Positions 17,635-27,495 of a stretch of DNA of 64,000 nt are shown one piece after another (position 1 is the stretch's first letter; every line of letters begins with the position of its first letter). Under the pieces are notes generated by a model, which had not been told where the DNA came from, made no database searches, and was given only the letters and a program-made list of their open reading frames with translations. The position numbers were made by a program, and so were the translations under genes. Source of the DNA: Armatimonadota bacterium (GTDB lineage: Bacteria > Armatimonadota > UBA5829 > DTLH01); NCBI GenBank assembly GCA_038207085.1, contig JBBRAE010000007.1, positions 32,001 to 96,000 on the forward strand, written 5' to 3'.

Positions 17635-19995
17635 TTAGAGTCTGATGGTGATGACCGTAGCCCCTGCGCCGCCCTCGTCCGGGTTTCCGATTCGGTATGA
17701 CTCGACGGCGGGATAGTCCCTGATAAAGCTCCAGACCGCCGCCTTCAGAGCGCCGGTGCCTTTGCCGTGGATGATCCTGACTTCCTTCAATCCCGCCGCC
17801 TGGGCTTCATCGAGATACTTCTCAAGGTTATAGAGCGCGCCCTCGGCCCGCTGGGCGATGAGATTCAGCTCCATCGACACGTTAGCGGCCTTGGTAAGGG
17901 TGATGCTCGTCCCGGAAGTGCGTTCAGGCGAGCGTTCTTCCTTCTTGCCGCCCTGAGCAGGCCTGAGCGAACTTGCCTTCACATTCACCCGCATAGCGCC
18001 AATCACAACCGTCGCCTCACCATCGTGAATGTCACTAAGGAGCACACCTTCCTGGTTCAGGTTAGCGATCCGCACCGCGTCACCCTTCTTAAAGACAACG
18101 CCCTCGACCGGAAGCTCTTCCACCGGCTCGGTGATCTCGACCAGATCCTCCCGGATCTTCTGAAGCGTCTCTTTAGTCTCGTGCTTCAGGCGCTCCGAAC
18201 GCTTGCCGGCAGCCGTGGTCTTCGCCAATTCTTCCATGGCTCGATCGAGCCTGCGGGTGTATCGCTCGATCAACTGCTTGCCCCTGCCCCGAACCTCGTC
18301 CTCAAGGTTCTCGCGTGCGTGCTCAAGCTTTCGAACCTGCTCCTCGTAACGTTTACGCAGCTGGTCAGCCTCAATCGCAGCCTGGCGCGCCTCGCGCTGA
18401 TCGTCCATAGCCGCCTTGTGGCTCTCTTCGATCCGCCTGATTATCTCATCGGACCCGTCCTCGCGCCCGGAGAGCGACACACGAGCGTGGCGGATAACGT
18501 CCTCGGGCATCCCCAGCCGAGCGGCGATCGACAGCGCGTTGCTGCTCCCCGGAACCCCGATCATCAGCCGGTAGGTCGGGCGAAGCGTCTCCAGATCGAA
18601 CTCGACGCTCGCATTCTCCACCTTATCTCGGGTAAACGCATATTCTTTCAGCTCCCCATAGTGGCTAGTCGCGACGATCCTTGAGCCAGCCGCCATCAGG
18701 AACTCAAGCACGGCTTTGGCAAGCGCCGCACCTTCAGCGGGGTCTGTCCCTGCGCCGAGCTCGTCAAAGAGAATGAGCGAGTTTGGGTGAACCGTCTTTA
18801 GCACCCGCACGATGTTGCGCACGTGGGACGAAAACGTTGAAAGCGACTGCTCGATGCTCTGCTCGTCGCCGATATCGGCAAATACCTGGTCGAACACGGC
18901 GATCTCGGTCCCCGGCGCGGCAGGCACGTGCAGCCCGGACTGCGCCATCAGGGTCAAGAGGCCCATAGTCTTCAGTGTGACGGTCTTGCCACCGGTATTA
19001 GGTCCGGTGATCAGAAGGGAGGTAAACTTTCGGCCAAGTTCCACGTCAATCGGGACGACGTCGCCTGTGAGCAATGGGTGACGGGCAGCAACGAGGCGTA
19101 TCCAGCGGTCCTTGTTAAGAAGTGGCTCGTTGGCATCCATCTTGAGCGACAGCCCAGCTTTGGCCGTGACAAAATCTATGTGAGCGATGGCGTCCACCGA
19201 AAGAAGCGCGTCAGCGGCGATCACTGTGACTTCCGCCGTAAGCGCGCGCAGGATCTTCTCTATCTCCTCACGCTCTTTGGCGACGAAGCGTTTCATATCG
19301 TTGCCGAGGTCGATCACCTGCTCTGGCTCGACGAAAAGCGTCGCACCGGAGGCGCTCGCGTCGTGGACGATACCCCGAATGACCGAGCGATATTCCACCT
19401 TCACCGGCAGACAATACCTGTCATGCCTCTGGGTGATGACCGGGTCCTGAACCGCCGTGCGGTATTTGGACGACTGAATCATCGAGTTCAGCCGCTCCAT
19501 TATCCGAGAGTGGGTGGTCTTCATATCGCTTCGCACCCTGCCAAGCGACAAGCTCGCAGAGTCGAGTATATCCCCACCAGCGCTGATCGAATGGGTAATG
19601 TGCTCTTCAAGCTTCTCAAACACCGAAATCCGCCCGGCAAAGCCCGCGAGGATCGGCGCATTGTCCTTCTGTTTCAGAAGAAACGACCGAAGCCTTCTGC
19701 CCGCCCCCAGCGTCTGAGCGATGTCGAGGAGCTCAAGCGGCTGGAGCATCGATTCGATCTCAGCCTTGCGCACAAGCTCACGAATGTCCGTAACTCCGCC
19801 AAGTGGCATGCTCCCGTGCGAAAGCAGAATCTCACGGGCCTCGGAGGTCTCTGCGAGCGTGCGCCTGATGTGTTCGAGGTCCGTCACCGGGACGAGCGCA
19901 ACCGCCCGCTCACGCCCAAGCGAACACGCCGCATGTTCCGCGAGCAGATGCCGTATCTTATCAAACTCAAGGACTCTTAGAGAATGAGATTCCAC
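17635..19995 (-). CDS. mutS2: Endonuclease MutS2
   Basis: ITGPNTGGKT, DIGDEQSIEQSLSTFS, C-terminal Smr domain (IIHGKGTG). Confidence 0.96.
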   Translation of the reverse strand: MESHSLRVLEFDKIRHLLAEHAACSLGRERAVALVPVTDLEHIRRTLAETSEAREILLSHGSMPLGGVTDIRELVRKAEIESMLQPLELLDIAQTLGAGRRLRSFLLKQKDNAPILAGFAGRISVFEKLEEHITHSISAGGDILDSASLSLGRVRSDMKTTHSRIMERLNSMIQSSKYRTAVQDPVITQRHDRYCLPVKVEYRSVIRGIVHDASASGATLFVEPEQVIDLGNDMKRFVAKEREEIEKILRALTAEVTVIAADALLSVDAIAHIDFVTAKAGLSLKMDANEPLLNKDRWIRLVAARHPLLTGDVVPIDVELGRKFTSLLITGPNTGGKTVTLKTMGLLTLMAQSGLHVPAAPGTEIAVFDQVFADIGDEQSIEQSLSTFSSHVRNIVRVLKTVHPNSLILFDELGAGTDPAEGAALAKAVLEFLMAAGSRIVATSHYGELKEYAFTRDKVENASVEFDLETLRPTYRLMIGVPGSSNALSIAARLGMPEDVIRHARVSLSGREDGSDEIIRRIEESHKAAMDDQREARQAAIEADQLRKRYEEQVRKLEHARENLEDEVRGRGKQLIERYTRRLDRAMEELAKTTAAGKRSERLKHETKETLQKIREDLVEITEPVEELPVEGVVFKKGDAVRIANLNQEGVLLSDIHDGEATVVIGAMRVNVKASSLRPAQGGKKEERSPERTSGTSITLTKAANVSMELNLIAQRAEGALYNLEKYLDEAQAAGLKEVRIIHGKGTGALKAAVWSFIRDYPAVESYRIGNPDEGGAGATVITIRL

Positions 19996-20104
19996 TGTTT
20001 ACCATAACCACACTAAACCGCGAAGAGCGAAACAGGCGCAGGCGCGAAAGCTGACACCTTCGCACACTCGCTTGTTTCGCCCTTTTGCAGTTGAAATTGT
20101 TGAC

Positions 20105-20461
20105 TTAGAACCCTGGCAGACCCATCCCAGGAGGGAGATCGAGTCCACCCGTGAGTGCCTGCATCCGTTCCTTGCGCCGCTCGGTAGCCTGCTCAAGCGC
20201 CTCGCGAACCGCGCTTGTGACGAGGTCCTGCAGCATCTCCACATCTTCGGGATCTACCACTTCCGGGGCGATCTTGACCTCGACCAGCTCAGCCATACCG
20301 TTCACGACTGCTGTAACCATTCCACCGCCGGAGCTGACTTCGATCATCTCCGAGGCAAGCTCTTCCTCGGTCCGCTGGGTGTCTTCAGCAAACTTCTGGA
20401 CCTGCTTCATCATCGACTGAATGTTAAATCCCCCACCGAATGGGTTGGGCATCTTGGGCAT
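20105..20461 (-). CDS. ybaB: YbaB/EbfC nucleoid-associated protein
   Basis: SGGGMVT, VDPEDVEMLQDLV; downstream of dnaX. Confidence 0.94.
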   Translation of the reverse strand: MPKMPNPFGGGFNIQSMMKQVQKFAEDTQRTEEELASEMIEVSSGGGMVTAVVNGMAELVEVKIAPEVVDPEDVEMLQDLVTSAVREALEQATERRKERMQALTGGLDLPPGMGLPGF

Positions 20462-20496
20462 TTAGATATCCTCCAATAAATCACGACCGAAGAGCC

Positions 20497-22200
20497 TTAG
20501 CTCCCGTCACTGTCCTCTACAACTTTTCCACCAAACATCTGCAGCACGTCCTCGACCAGATTGGCCTCCTCGCCATCAGACGGCGGAGACATTTCGACCG
20601 GCGGAGCATCCGGCTCGTTCTGCAGCACGGGCTCCTGGCCCACCGAAACGGCCTTCAGACCAAACCGCTGCCCGGTAACCGCCTCAAGCGCATGCTTGAT
20701 GACCTCGGCAACATCCGGCTGCTGCATCTTCTGGACGTGAAAACTGAACTTCTCATCAAAACCTATCACAAGAACATTCTTCGATATACTTATAATCTGA
20801 GCTTCCCTAAGTATGCCGACATAGAGTTTCTTCCCCTGAACGTCCCTGACATGCCCCAAAATTCTGGGCCACGCGCGCCGGATCATATCCACATCCGCGT
20901 CCCCTGATGCAAACGCCGAAGCGTCGACCGTATCCACCTTCACACCGTGACTGACAGGAGCAACCGGCGCGGGCGTATTATCAGGCACCGTCACCGCAGG
21001 CTTAGGGGTAACATTTGGAGCGGGCTTCGGGGCAGCATGCCTTGGAGCCGGAGCCACCGGGGTCGCTGGAACATAAGCCGGAGGAGCGGGATAAACAGTC
21101 GCATCCGCCTGCTGAACGACCACCTGACGGGGCGCAGCCGGGCCAGTGATAGCCTTAAGAAGCGACATCTCAAGTGCAAGTCTGTGCTGCTCGTTCCAGC
21201 GGAGATCCTTTTCGGCTGCCGAAAACACCTCAACAAGCGAAACAAGCTTCTCACGCGTAAACTGCCTTGCGCGCTCAGCGGCCTTCAGACTCGCCTCAGC
21301 CCCAGCTCCGACTGATGCGGCCAATAGATCCCTAAAGTGCCCTGCAACGGCTTTTAGAAGCTCCCTGATGTCTTTGCCCTCATGGATCAACCGCCCGGCA
21401 AGCTCAAAAGCCGCGGCAGCGTCCTCAGAGGCAACGACCTGCGAAATCTCAAATAGAACGTCCTCATCGACCATCCCAAGCACCGTGTTGACGTGCTCAG
21501 AGGTCAGACGGTCGTCAGTGTAGGCAAGCACCTGTTCAAGCAGACTTAGCGAGTCCCGGAAAGACCCCTGAGCGCTTCTTGCAAGCACCGCGAGCGCATC
21601 CTCATCATACTCTCGCCCCTCAAGACCGAGCACATGCCCAAGCCTCGATGCAATGTCCGCGATGCTTCCGCGCCTGAAGTCAAACTGCTGGCAGCGGCTT
21701 CTAATCGTGAGCGGGATCTCGTGTGCTTCAGTGGTCGCAAGCACAAAAATCGCGTGGGCGGGCGGCTCTTCAAGAGTCTTCAGGAAGGCGTCTTTGGCGG
21801 CGTCTGAAAGCTGATGGGCCTCGTCGATCACATAGACCTTGTAGCGAAGCCGCATTGGGGGATACTTCACGTTGTCTCTTAGGTCACGGATATCGTCGAT
21901 GCTTCTGTGCGAAGCCGCGTCAAGCTCGACCACATCCACTGCTGAGCCGTCCGTGACGCTCAAACACGCCTCGCACTTGCAGCAGGGTGTAGGCGTGGGG
22001 CCATGCTCGCAGTTGACCGACTTGGCAAGAAGCCTCGCGACCGTGGTCTTACCCGTACCTCTTGAACCGCAGAACAGGTAGGCGTGCCCAATCCTGCCGG
22101 ATCTGATTGCGTTTTGCAGAGTCCGGGTTACATGGTCCTGCCCCACAACATCGTCGAACGTCTGGGATCGGTATTTTCGGTAAAGAGATACATATGCCAT
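20497..22200 (-). CDS. dnaX: DNA polymerase III subunit gamma/tau
   Basis: LYRKYR, GSRGTGKTT, DEAH, LKTLEEPP, SRCQ. Confidence 0.97.
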   Translation of the reverse strand: MAYVSLYRKYRSQTFDDVVGQDHVTRTLQNAIRSGRIGHAYLFCGSRGTGKTTVARLLAKSVNCEHGPTPTPCCKCEACLSVTDGSAVDVVELDAASHRSIDDIRDLRDNVKYPPMRLRYKVYVIDEAHQLSDAAKDAFLKTLEEPPAHAIFVLATTEAHEIPLTIRSRCQQFDFRRGSIADIASRLGHVLGLEGREYDEDALAVLARSAQGSFRDSLSLLEQVLAYTDDRLTSEHVNTVLGMVDEDVLFEISQVVASEDAAAAFELAGRLIHEGKDIRELLKAVAGHFRDLLAASVGAGAEASLKAAERARQFTREKLVSLVEVFSAAEKDLRWNEQHRLALEMSLLKAITGPAAPRQVVVQQADATVYPAPPAYVPATPVAPAPRHAAPKPAPNVTPKPAVTVPDNTPAPVAPVSHGVKVDTVDASAFASGDADVDMIRRAWPRILGHVRDVQGKKLYVGILREAQIISISKNVLVIGFDEKFSFHVQKMQQPDVAEVIKHALEAVTGQRFGLKAVSVGQEPVLQNEPDAPPVEMSPPSDGEEANLVEDVLQMFGGKVVEDSDGS

Positions 22201-22213
22201 AATTGTTCACTAA

Positions 22214-22397
22214 GAGCGTGTCCGAGAAGTGTAGTGGCCGTCCGCCGTGACGGCCATCGGCTCCGAAGGAGCCGGAATACGGTGGAATTTCGTGCCAATT
22301 GAACATTGATACGAGATTGCGCCGTAGGGCAGCGCCTACGGCGCTGATGGCCGGCACGGCGACCGGCCACTACAATCGGGATTTCTCAGACACGCTC
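22214..22397. mobile_element. 184-bp MITE, family 2 (long copy), flanked by a TAA duplication
   Basis: TAA-GAGCGTGTCCGAGAA...TTCTCAGACACGCTC-TAA; same ends as 17564-17634. Confidence 0.8.
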
Positions 22398-22455
22398 TAA
22401 GGGATGGCGGGCCTAACCGCAACCACCAACCCCTGTTTGGATTCGTCCTTATCAA

Positions 22456-22730
22456 GTGACCGTGCACCTGTTGTCGATACGCCCGTCCGAGTGTTACCTC
22501 ACACCAGAAAGCTCCAGCCAGGACACCTGGCGGCACATGGGCGAACCAGTTTACCGCTGCTTCCTTCCGGACCTGACGGGATTCACTGGCCGGCCATTGC
22601 GCCGGGCCCGACTCTCAACACTCCTGACACAAGTACGCCTCAAGCGAACCGCACCTCGAACAGGAACTCAGCCCCGCTGTAGCGGATTGCGGGTTCAGGG
22701 CACCGCTAGTTCCCCGCCTAGCACGATCAC
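22456..22730 (-). ncRNA. ffs: Large (Bacillus-type) signal recognition particle RNA
   Basis: CGTGCTAGGCGGGGAACTAGCGGTGCCCTG 5' Alu-like part; TCAGGTCCGGAAGGAAGCAGC domain IV; terminal pairing GTGATCGTGC/GCACGGTCAC; upstream of dnaX. Confidence 0.93.
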
Positions 22731-22865
22731 TAGATAAGAACGAATCTTCTTTCCCAAATGGCAAAAACCCGCCATTTGCAACCCCTGACAGGAAAACAGG
22801 TAACAGGCAGCAGACGGGATAGCCCGACCGTTATCTGTTACCCACAAACTCTTACCTATCAGACC

Positions 22866-24359
22866 CTATATTATATCACGTTTCTGGATAATAAATTCCT
22901 TGAAAAGCATCCGATACCCAGGATTAATCGTAGTATTTACAAACTGCTTGTCCGTCATACCCTCGCCTTTCCAACCGATCCTGTCCTGAATGAAATCAGC
23001 AGATTCCTGCGGGTTCAGCCAGATGACCAGTTTGTATTTGTCCTTTGCAAACGGGTATATCTGCGGATCCTTGGACATGTCGATCAGGATATCGAACTTG
23101 CCGTTGTGAATCGCGGTATCGTCCCACATCACCGTCTGTGATCGGTCTATATCCCAACTGAAGTACTTTGGCTCGGGCAGGTTCCAGAAGTCATAGTCAT
23201 AATCGACTAGCATGATCTTCAGCCTGGCCCCGTTCCTGAACTTATCCCGAGCATAAACCGGCCTTTTGACGTTGCTGGCGTAATAGTTGGTGTATGGCTC
23301 AGACTCAAGGTTGCGATACTCCTCGACTGCAGCCATGTCAGCCGAGCCTTTGATCCGGATAACCTTGGACTTCACCCGCTTCCAAGCTACTTTGAAGTTC
23401 ACGTCAACCGGCGGCTTGACATCGCGAGGCACTATCCCGGTCGCCTTCCACCTGGCAAGACTCGCCTTGGCAGCTTCGAGAGCGCGCTTCTGAACCGGAT
23501 CCATGTTCACAATGTCATCGATCACCTTGATGCCCCGCTCGTAAGCGGCCAAGTCGCCGTAGCGCCAACCCCTTCGCAAAAGGAACAGCCCCAAGTTCTT
23601 GCGGGCGATAATCTCCTCTTGATAGCTGGTGCTATCTGCAGCCGTGCGTGCTGCTGCAGCTTCTGACATACATCTCTTCCACTGCGCCTCGCACTCATCG
23701 AACATGCCGGCCTTTTCGTAGCAGTGGGCTAGCATCCTCGCGACATACGCCGGACGCGGAATGACTTTGCCCGTGTTCACATCGCGAGCAACCTTGTCCT
23801 GGGCTCTTTTCATCCAGTAGATCGCCTTGTCGTATTTCTTCGCCTTCTGGAAGTAATGAGTCCAGGCAAGCTCGAAATACAGGTTATAGATCCCCGGGTT
23901 ATTCTCTACGCCTTCCTCAAGCAGCCGCACAGCAGGCGGGATATACCGCCTGTCGGAACGCTCCTCAGAGTCGACGAAGTTATAGTCCAAGTGCCATGCG
24001 CCTGTGGTGTAGACCTCAATCTGCTGAGGGTCAAGCCACGTGACGAGCCTCACAATCGGCAAAATAGCCTCATACTGCCCGGTGTGAAAGAACTCGTCGG
24101 CTCTCACCCAAAGCAGGCTTGCCGTAGCCTCACGAAGACCAAGCGCAGCAGCTCCGAAGAACTGCACCGGCAGGTCAAATAGCAGGTTTTTTGCTTTGCC
24201 GTCGCCGGTACGCGCCGTCTCAGCCATTCCCCACCCCTGGCTCTTCGCTTTTTCGTCGTAGCGAAGGTAGTTGATAGGCCGCTGGACCACGCCAATTGCG
24301 ATGAACGCGACAAGCGCGACCGCGATCAGGACTGTTTTCTTGCCCTGAGTCATCATCAC
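22866..24359 (-). CDS. Membrane-anchored TPR-like hypothetical protein
   Basis: N-terminal TM helix; helical repeats (YDKAIYWM, LAHCYEKAG); coupled to the ABC permease. Confidence 0.7.
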   Translation of the reverse strand: MMMTQGKKTVLIAVALVAFIAIGVVQRPINYLRYDEKAKSQGWGMAETARTGDGKAKNLLFDLPVQFFGAAALGLREATASLLWVRADEFFHTGQYEAILPIVRLVTWLDPQQIEVYTTGAWHLDYNFVDSEERSDRRYIPPAVRLLEEGVENNPGIYNLYFELAWTHYFQKAKKYDKAIYWMKRAQDKVARDVNTGKVIPRPAYVARMLAHCYEKAGMFDECEAQWKRCMSEAAAARTAADSTSYQEEIIARKNLGLFLLRRGWRYGDLAAYERGIKVIDDIVNMDPVQKRALEAAKASLARWKATGIVPRDVKPPVDVNFKVAWKRVKSKVIRIKGSADMAAVEEYRNLESEPYTNYYASNVKRPVYARDKFRNGARLKIMLVDYDYDFWNLPEPKYFSWDIDRSQTVMWDDTAIHNGKFDILIDMSKDPQIYPFAKDKYKLVIWLNPQESADFIQDRIGWKGEGMTDKQFVNTTINPGYRMLFKEFIIQKRDII

Positions 24360-25207
24360 ACCTCCTTGCGCTCAAAGACGATGACGGCCGCAATCATCAC
24401 AACCAATGAGTAAAGAACCGCATAGAGAACCGTCAGCCCCACATACTCCATCGGGCCTCCACGAAACTCCTGAACGGGGTGAATCAGCTTGTTTTGGATA
24501 TTGAACCTGTCAAAGTTCGGCAGAACATTTGAAACGAGCATATAGAAGCCCTTCACCACGGGATTAGCTTCCGAGCCGCTCACGTACATGGACTTCCAAA
24601 TCCCAGCCGCGCTTCCAACGATGTAGACCCCGGCGCTTGCAAAGAAGTTCACCGTGGGAGTAAGAAACACCGAAAACAGCATCACAACCGCGGAAAGCAC
24701 CACGAACTGGAAGTAGATCATAACAACGCCGAGGACAAGCTGCGGGTCAAACGCCTGCACTTTCCTCGCCGCAGCCTCAACCGCTACTCCAACGCCGCCT
24801 GCCGTGGACTGAACATCGGTGCCAAAAGCCGCTTTCAGCGTCACCATCAGGACGAACACAGCGCCCATAATGCCGATATTGATCGCAAGCGTAAGGAGTC
24901 CGCCCAGGAACTTGCCGACGACAAACTCATACCGATTAACAGGCTTGGCAAGAATTGTGTAGATAGTCCGCCGCTCAACCTCGTTAGGTATAAGCGAAAC
25001 GCACATCAGAAGGCTTATGACAAACCCCGCAAGCAGTATAACAAAGAGCCCGAGGCTCTTTACGATGGTCATATCCTGCTTGAACGAGAACTGAGTAAAG
25101 CTCAGTGAAATAACTATCATCGCGATGGCGACAATGAGACAGATGTTCAGAACCTTCTTCCTCATCGCCTCGCCAACAGTGGTTCTGGCTATAGTCCAAA
25201 TCGCCAT
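24356..25207 (-). CDS. ABC-2-type transporter permease
   Basis: Multiple TM helices; EVERRTIYTILAKPVNRYEFVVGKFLG. Confidence 0.88.
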   Translation of the reverse strand: MAIWTIARTTVGEAMRKKVLNICLIVAIAMIVISLSFTQFSFKQDMTIVKSLGLFVILLAGFVISLLMCVSLIPNEVERRTIYTILAKPVNRYEFVVGKFLGGLLTLAINIGIMGAVFVLMVTLKAAFGTDVQSTAGGVGVAVEAAARKVQAFDPQLVLGVVMIYFQFVVLSAVVMLFSVFLTPTVNFFASAGVYIVGSAAGIWKSMYVSGSEANPVVKGFYMLVSNVLPNFDRFNIQNKLIHPVQEFRGGPMEYVGLTVLYAVLYSLVVMIAAVIVFERKEV

Positions 25208-26127
25208 CAGCGTCCTCCTCTGACAGTATCGACAAACAGCTTCTCAAGGGTGCGGCGTCTGGGGTTGACCGAGACAAGCGTAGCATCGGACTTCAGCACC
25301 GCATCAACGACCTTATCGAGATTCTCAGAGGTCTCAAGGAATGCCGTAAGGCGACCAGCGTGAATCTCGCACTCAGCTACGTAGCCCTTGATCGCCGAAA
25401 CGAGCGCGTCACCGGCTCCGTCTGCAATGACTTCCATCTGCTGGGTAGTGAGAAGCTCTTTCACTGCGCCCTGCATAGCAAGCTTGCCACCCACCAGGAT
25501 CGACACCCGGTCGCCAATGGCTTCTATGTCTGAGAGCTGGTGAGAGCTTACAAACACTGTCTTTCCCTGCACCTTGAGGTCAAGAATCAGGTTGCAAATG
25601 TCTGCGTGCGCAATCGGGTCGAGGCCGGATGTCGGCTCATCGAGAAAGATCAGTTCCGGTTCGTTTAGCAGCGCCTGAGCGATACCGACGCGCTGGAGCA
25701 TACCCTTGGAGTATTGCCTGAGCGGTTTATCCGCTGCGTTTGTCATCCCGACGCGCGCCAGGAGATCGTCGACCAGCCCTTTGCGCGTGGATCTCGGGAT
25801 CTTGAACAAGTCTGCGTAAAAGTAGAGCACTTCCCGGGCGCTCATATACTCGTAAAAGTACGGGCTTTCCGGTAAATACGCGATGCGTTTCTTGACTTCG
25901 ATGTCTCCGGCCGGTTTGCCAAGCACCAAGGCTTTGCCGGTTGTCGGAAACAGAAGACCAAGGAGAACTTTGATGGTTGTAGTTTTGCCTGCTCCGTTCG
26001 GGCCAAGAAATCCGAAGATTTCGCCCTTCTCGACCGTCAGGTCGAGATTATCGACAGCGGTTAGTTCCCCGCCGAGCGGGTTTTTGTACCGCTTTGTCAG
26101 GCCCTGGATCTCAATGGCTGCAGCCAA
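25207..26127 (-). CDS. ABC transporter ATP-binding protein
   Basis: GPNGAGKTT, YSKGM, LDEPTSGLDP. Confidence 0.95.
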   Translation of the reverse strand: MAAAIEIQGLTKRYKNPLGGELTAVDNLDLTVEKGEIFGFLGPNGAGKTTTIKVLLGLLFPTTGKALVLGKPAGDIEVKKRIAYLPESPYFYEYMSAREVLYFYADLFKIPRSTRKGLVDDLLARVGMTNAADKPLRQYSKGMLQRVGIAQALLNEPELIFLDEPTSGLDPIAHADICNLILDLKVQGKTVFVSSHQLSDIEAIGDRVSILVGGKLAMQGAVKELLTTQQMEVIADGAGDALVSAIKGYVAECEIHAGRLTAFLETSENLDKVVDAVLKSDATLVSVNPRRRTLEKLFVDTVRGGR

Positions 26128-26336
26128 GTCAATACCTCCAGAGAATTGTGTAATCTAAGATAAGCTGAGCGTTATGCCCGCGAAAGAGTATATCCTGCCC
26201 ACGAGAGGGTGTCAAGGAACAGACCACGCATTTTATCCAGCTCATCCTATTGTTATACGACGCAAACGCCCGCCCGGTTCCCGAGAATGGGAAAATGCAA
26301 AGCGTTAAATGATCAACACGATCACCTGTCCCTGCC

Positions 26337-26711
26337 TCATCTCGGCTGCGGGGCGGTTGGCCTTTCGTATGGAATCGGAATATATTCGACGCTTGGTCTG
26401 CGCGACGGCGACTGTGGGTAGAGTCGCATAAGCGTGTAGACCTCGTTCGGCATATCGGTCGTCACGTGGAGCTTCAACATTTCGGCTTCTTCGACGTCTA
26501 TGGGGTAATCGTGGGTCCACCTGCCTTCGGTGAGAATCCGAGCGACCTCATCGGCCTGAACTTCAGGCATTTTGTCCCTGAGGATATTGCGAACAAGCGC
26601 CTCGACCTGCCTTTGGGCCCTGGCAGCCATATCTGTGAGGATCAGGGTGCGATCATCGATCTCGTTAATCGGTTTTCGCTCGACTACTTGAAGAATAGAC
26701 GCCGCCGGAAG
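26337..26711 (-). pseudogene. 5'-truncated SDH-family Clp-fold serine protease fragment
   Basis: LPAASILQVVERKPINEIDDRTLILTD...GRWTHDYPI...PSVEYIP; in-frame TAG immediately upstream; N-terminal half missing. Confidence 0.7.
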
Positions 26712-26828
26712 TGAATGCTATATACCCATGTTGATGATGCCCGCCAGCCGAGTAGTAGTCACCATCCGAAGCTACTGCAACCGCCACCCAGCAACTAGCA
26801 ACTGACGACTAGCGACTATCCCGCGCTC

Positions 26829-26858
26829 TTGACGATGCACGCGCCAAATTGTTATACT
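26829..26858 (+). promoter_or_regulatory. Sigma-70-type promoter for the accB operon
   Basis: TTGACG-N18-TATACT with extended TG. Confidence 0.65.
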
Positions 26859-26887
26859 TGAGCTGAAAAATGGCCTTGTCAGGAGGA

Positions 26888-26968
26888 CTAGCCCACATTA
26901 TTCATGAGAAGCGTGGATAATGCTCTGCCAGCGAAAGCTTTATTCGCTTCACGAATAAAGCGGGCTAG
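26888..26968. mobile_element. 81-bp MITE-like element, family 1 (copy C)
   Basis: CTAGCCCACATTATTC...GAATAAAGCGGGCTAG. Confidence 0.75.
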
Positions 26969-27008
26969 CCAAACGTCCTTCTGTTTTTTGCATCTAAGGG
27001 AGAATACC

Positions 27009-27491
27009 TTGGCTGAAGACGTAAAACTCGAGCAGATCAAAGAGCTCGTCAAGCTCGTTGAAAAGCACCACCTCTCAGAGCTGACGGTCGAAGAGGACGG
27101 GGTTACGATCACCATCAAGGGCGTCGCCGGAGTAGCACAGCCTGCGCACGTCCCGACCGTTCAGGTGTCATCGCACGAGTACGAGACTGAATCCTTCGAG
27201 ACCGAAGAAGAACTCCTCGCGGAGCCCGAAGTCGACGAAAATATCGTCAAGATCGAGTCCCCGATGGTTGGAGTATTCTACAGATCGCCTTCGCCGGATG
27301 CGCCCTCGTTTATCGAAGTCGGCGACACTGTCGAAGTCGGCCAGACCGTAGGGCTGATCGAGGCTATGAAGGTCTTTAGCGAAATCCCATCGGAAGTCGC
27401 GGGAGTTGTCGCGGACATCCCCGCAGGAAACACCACGCTTGTCCAGGCAGGTCAGACGCTGGTGGTAATTCGACCATCGGAGGAGGCGTAA
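27009..27491 (+). CDS. accB: Biotin carboxyl carrier protein
   Basis: SPMVGVFYRSPSP, IEAMKVF. Confidence 0.93.
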   Translation: MAEDVKLEQIKELVKLVEKHHLSELTVEEDGVTITIKGVAGVAQPAHVPTVQVSSHEYETESFETEEELLAEPEVDENIVKIESPMVGVFYRSPSPDAPSFIEVGDTVEVGQTVGLIEAMKVFSEIPSEVAGVVADIPAGNTTLVQAGQTLVVIRPSEEA

Positions 27492-27495
27492 AGTC

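Noticed and set aside
20497..22200. Programmed frameshift in dnaX
   Set aside because: No A-AAA-AAG or long homopolymer slippery site was noticed
26712..26765. Amber readthrough (MVTTTRLAGIINMGI*HSL) extending the SDH fragment
   Set aside because: The upstream peptide is not homologous to the family and there is no pyrrolysine context; truncation is simpler
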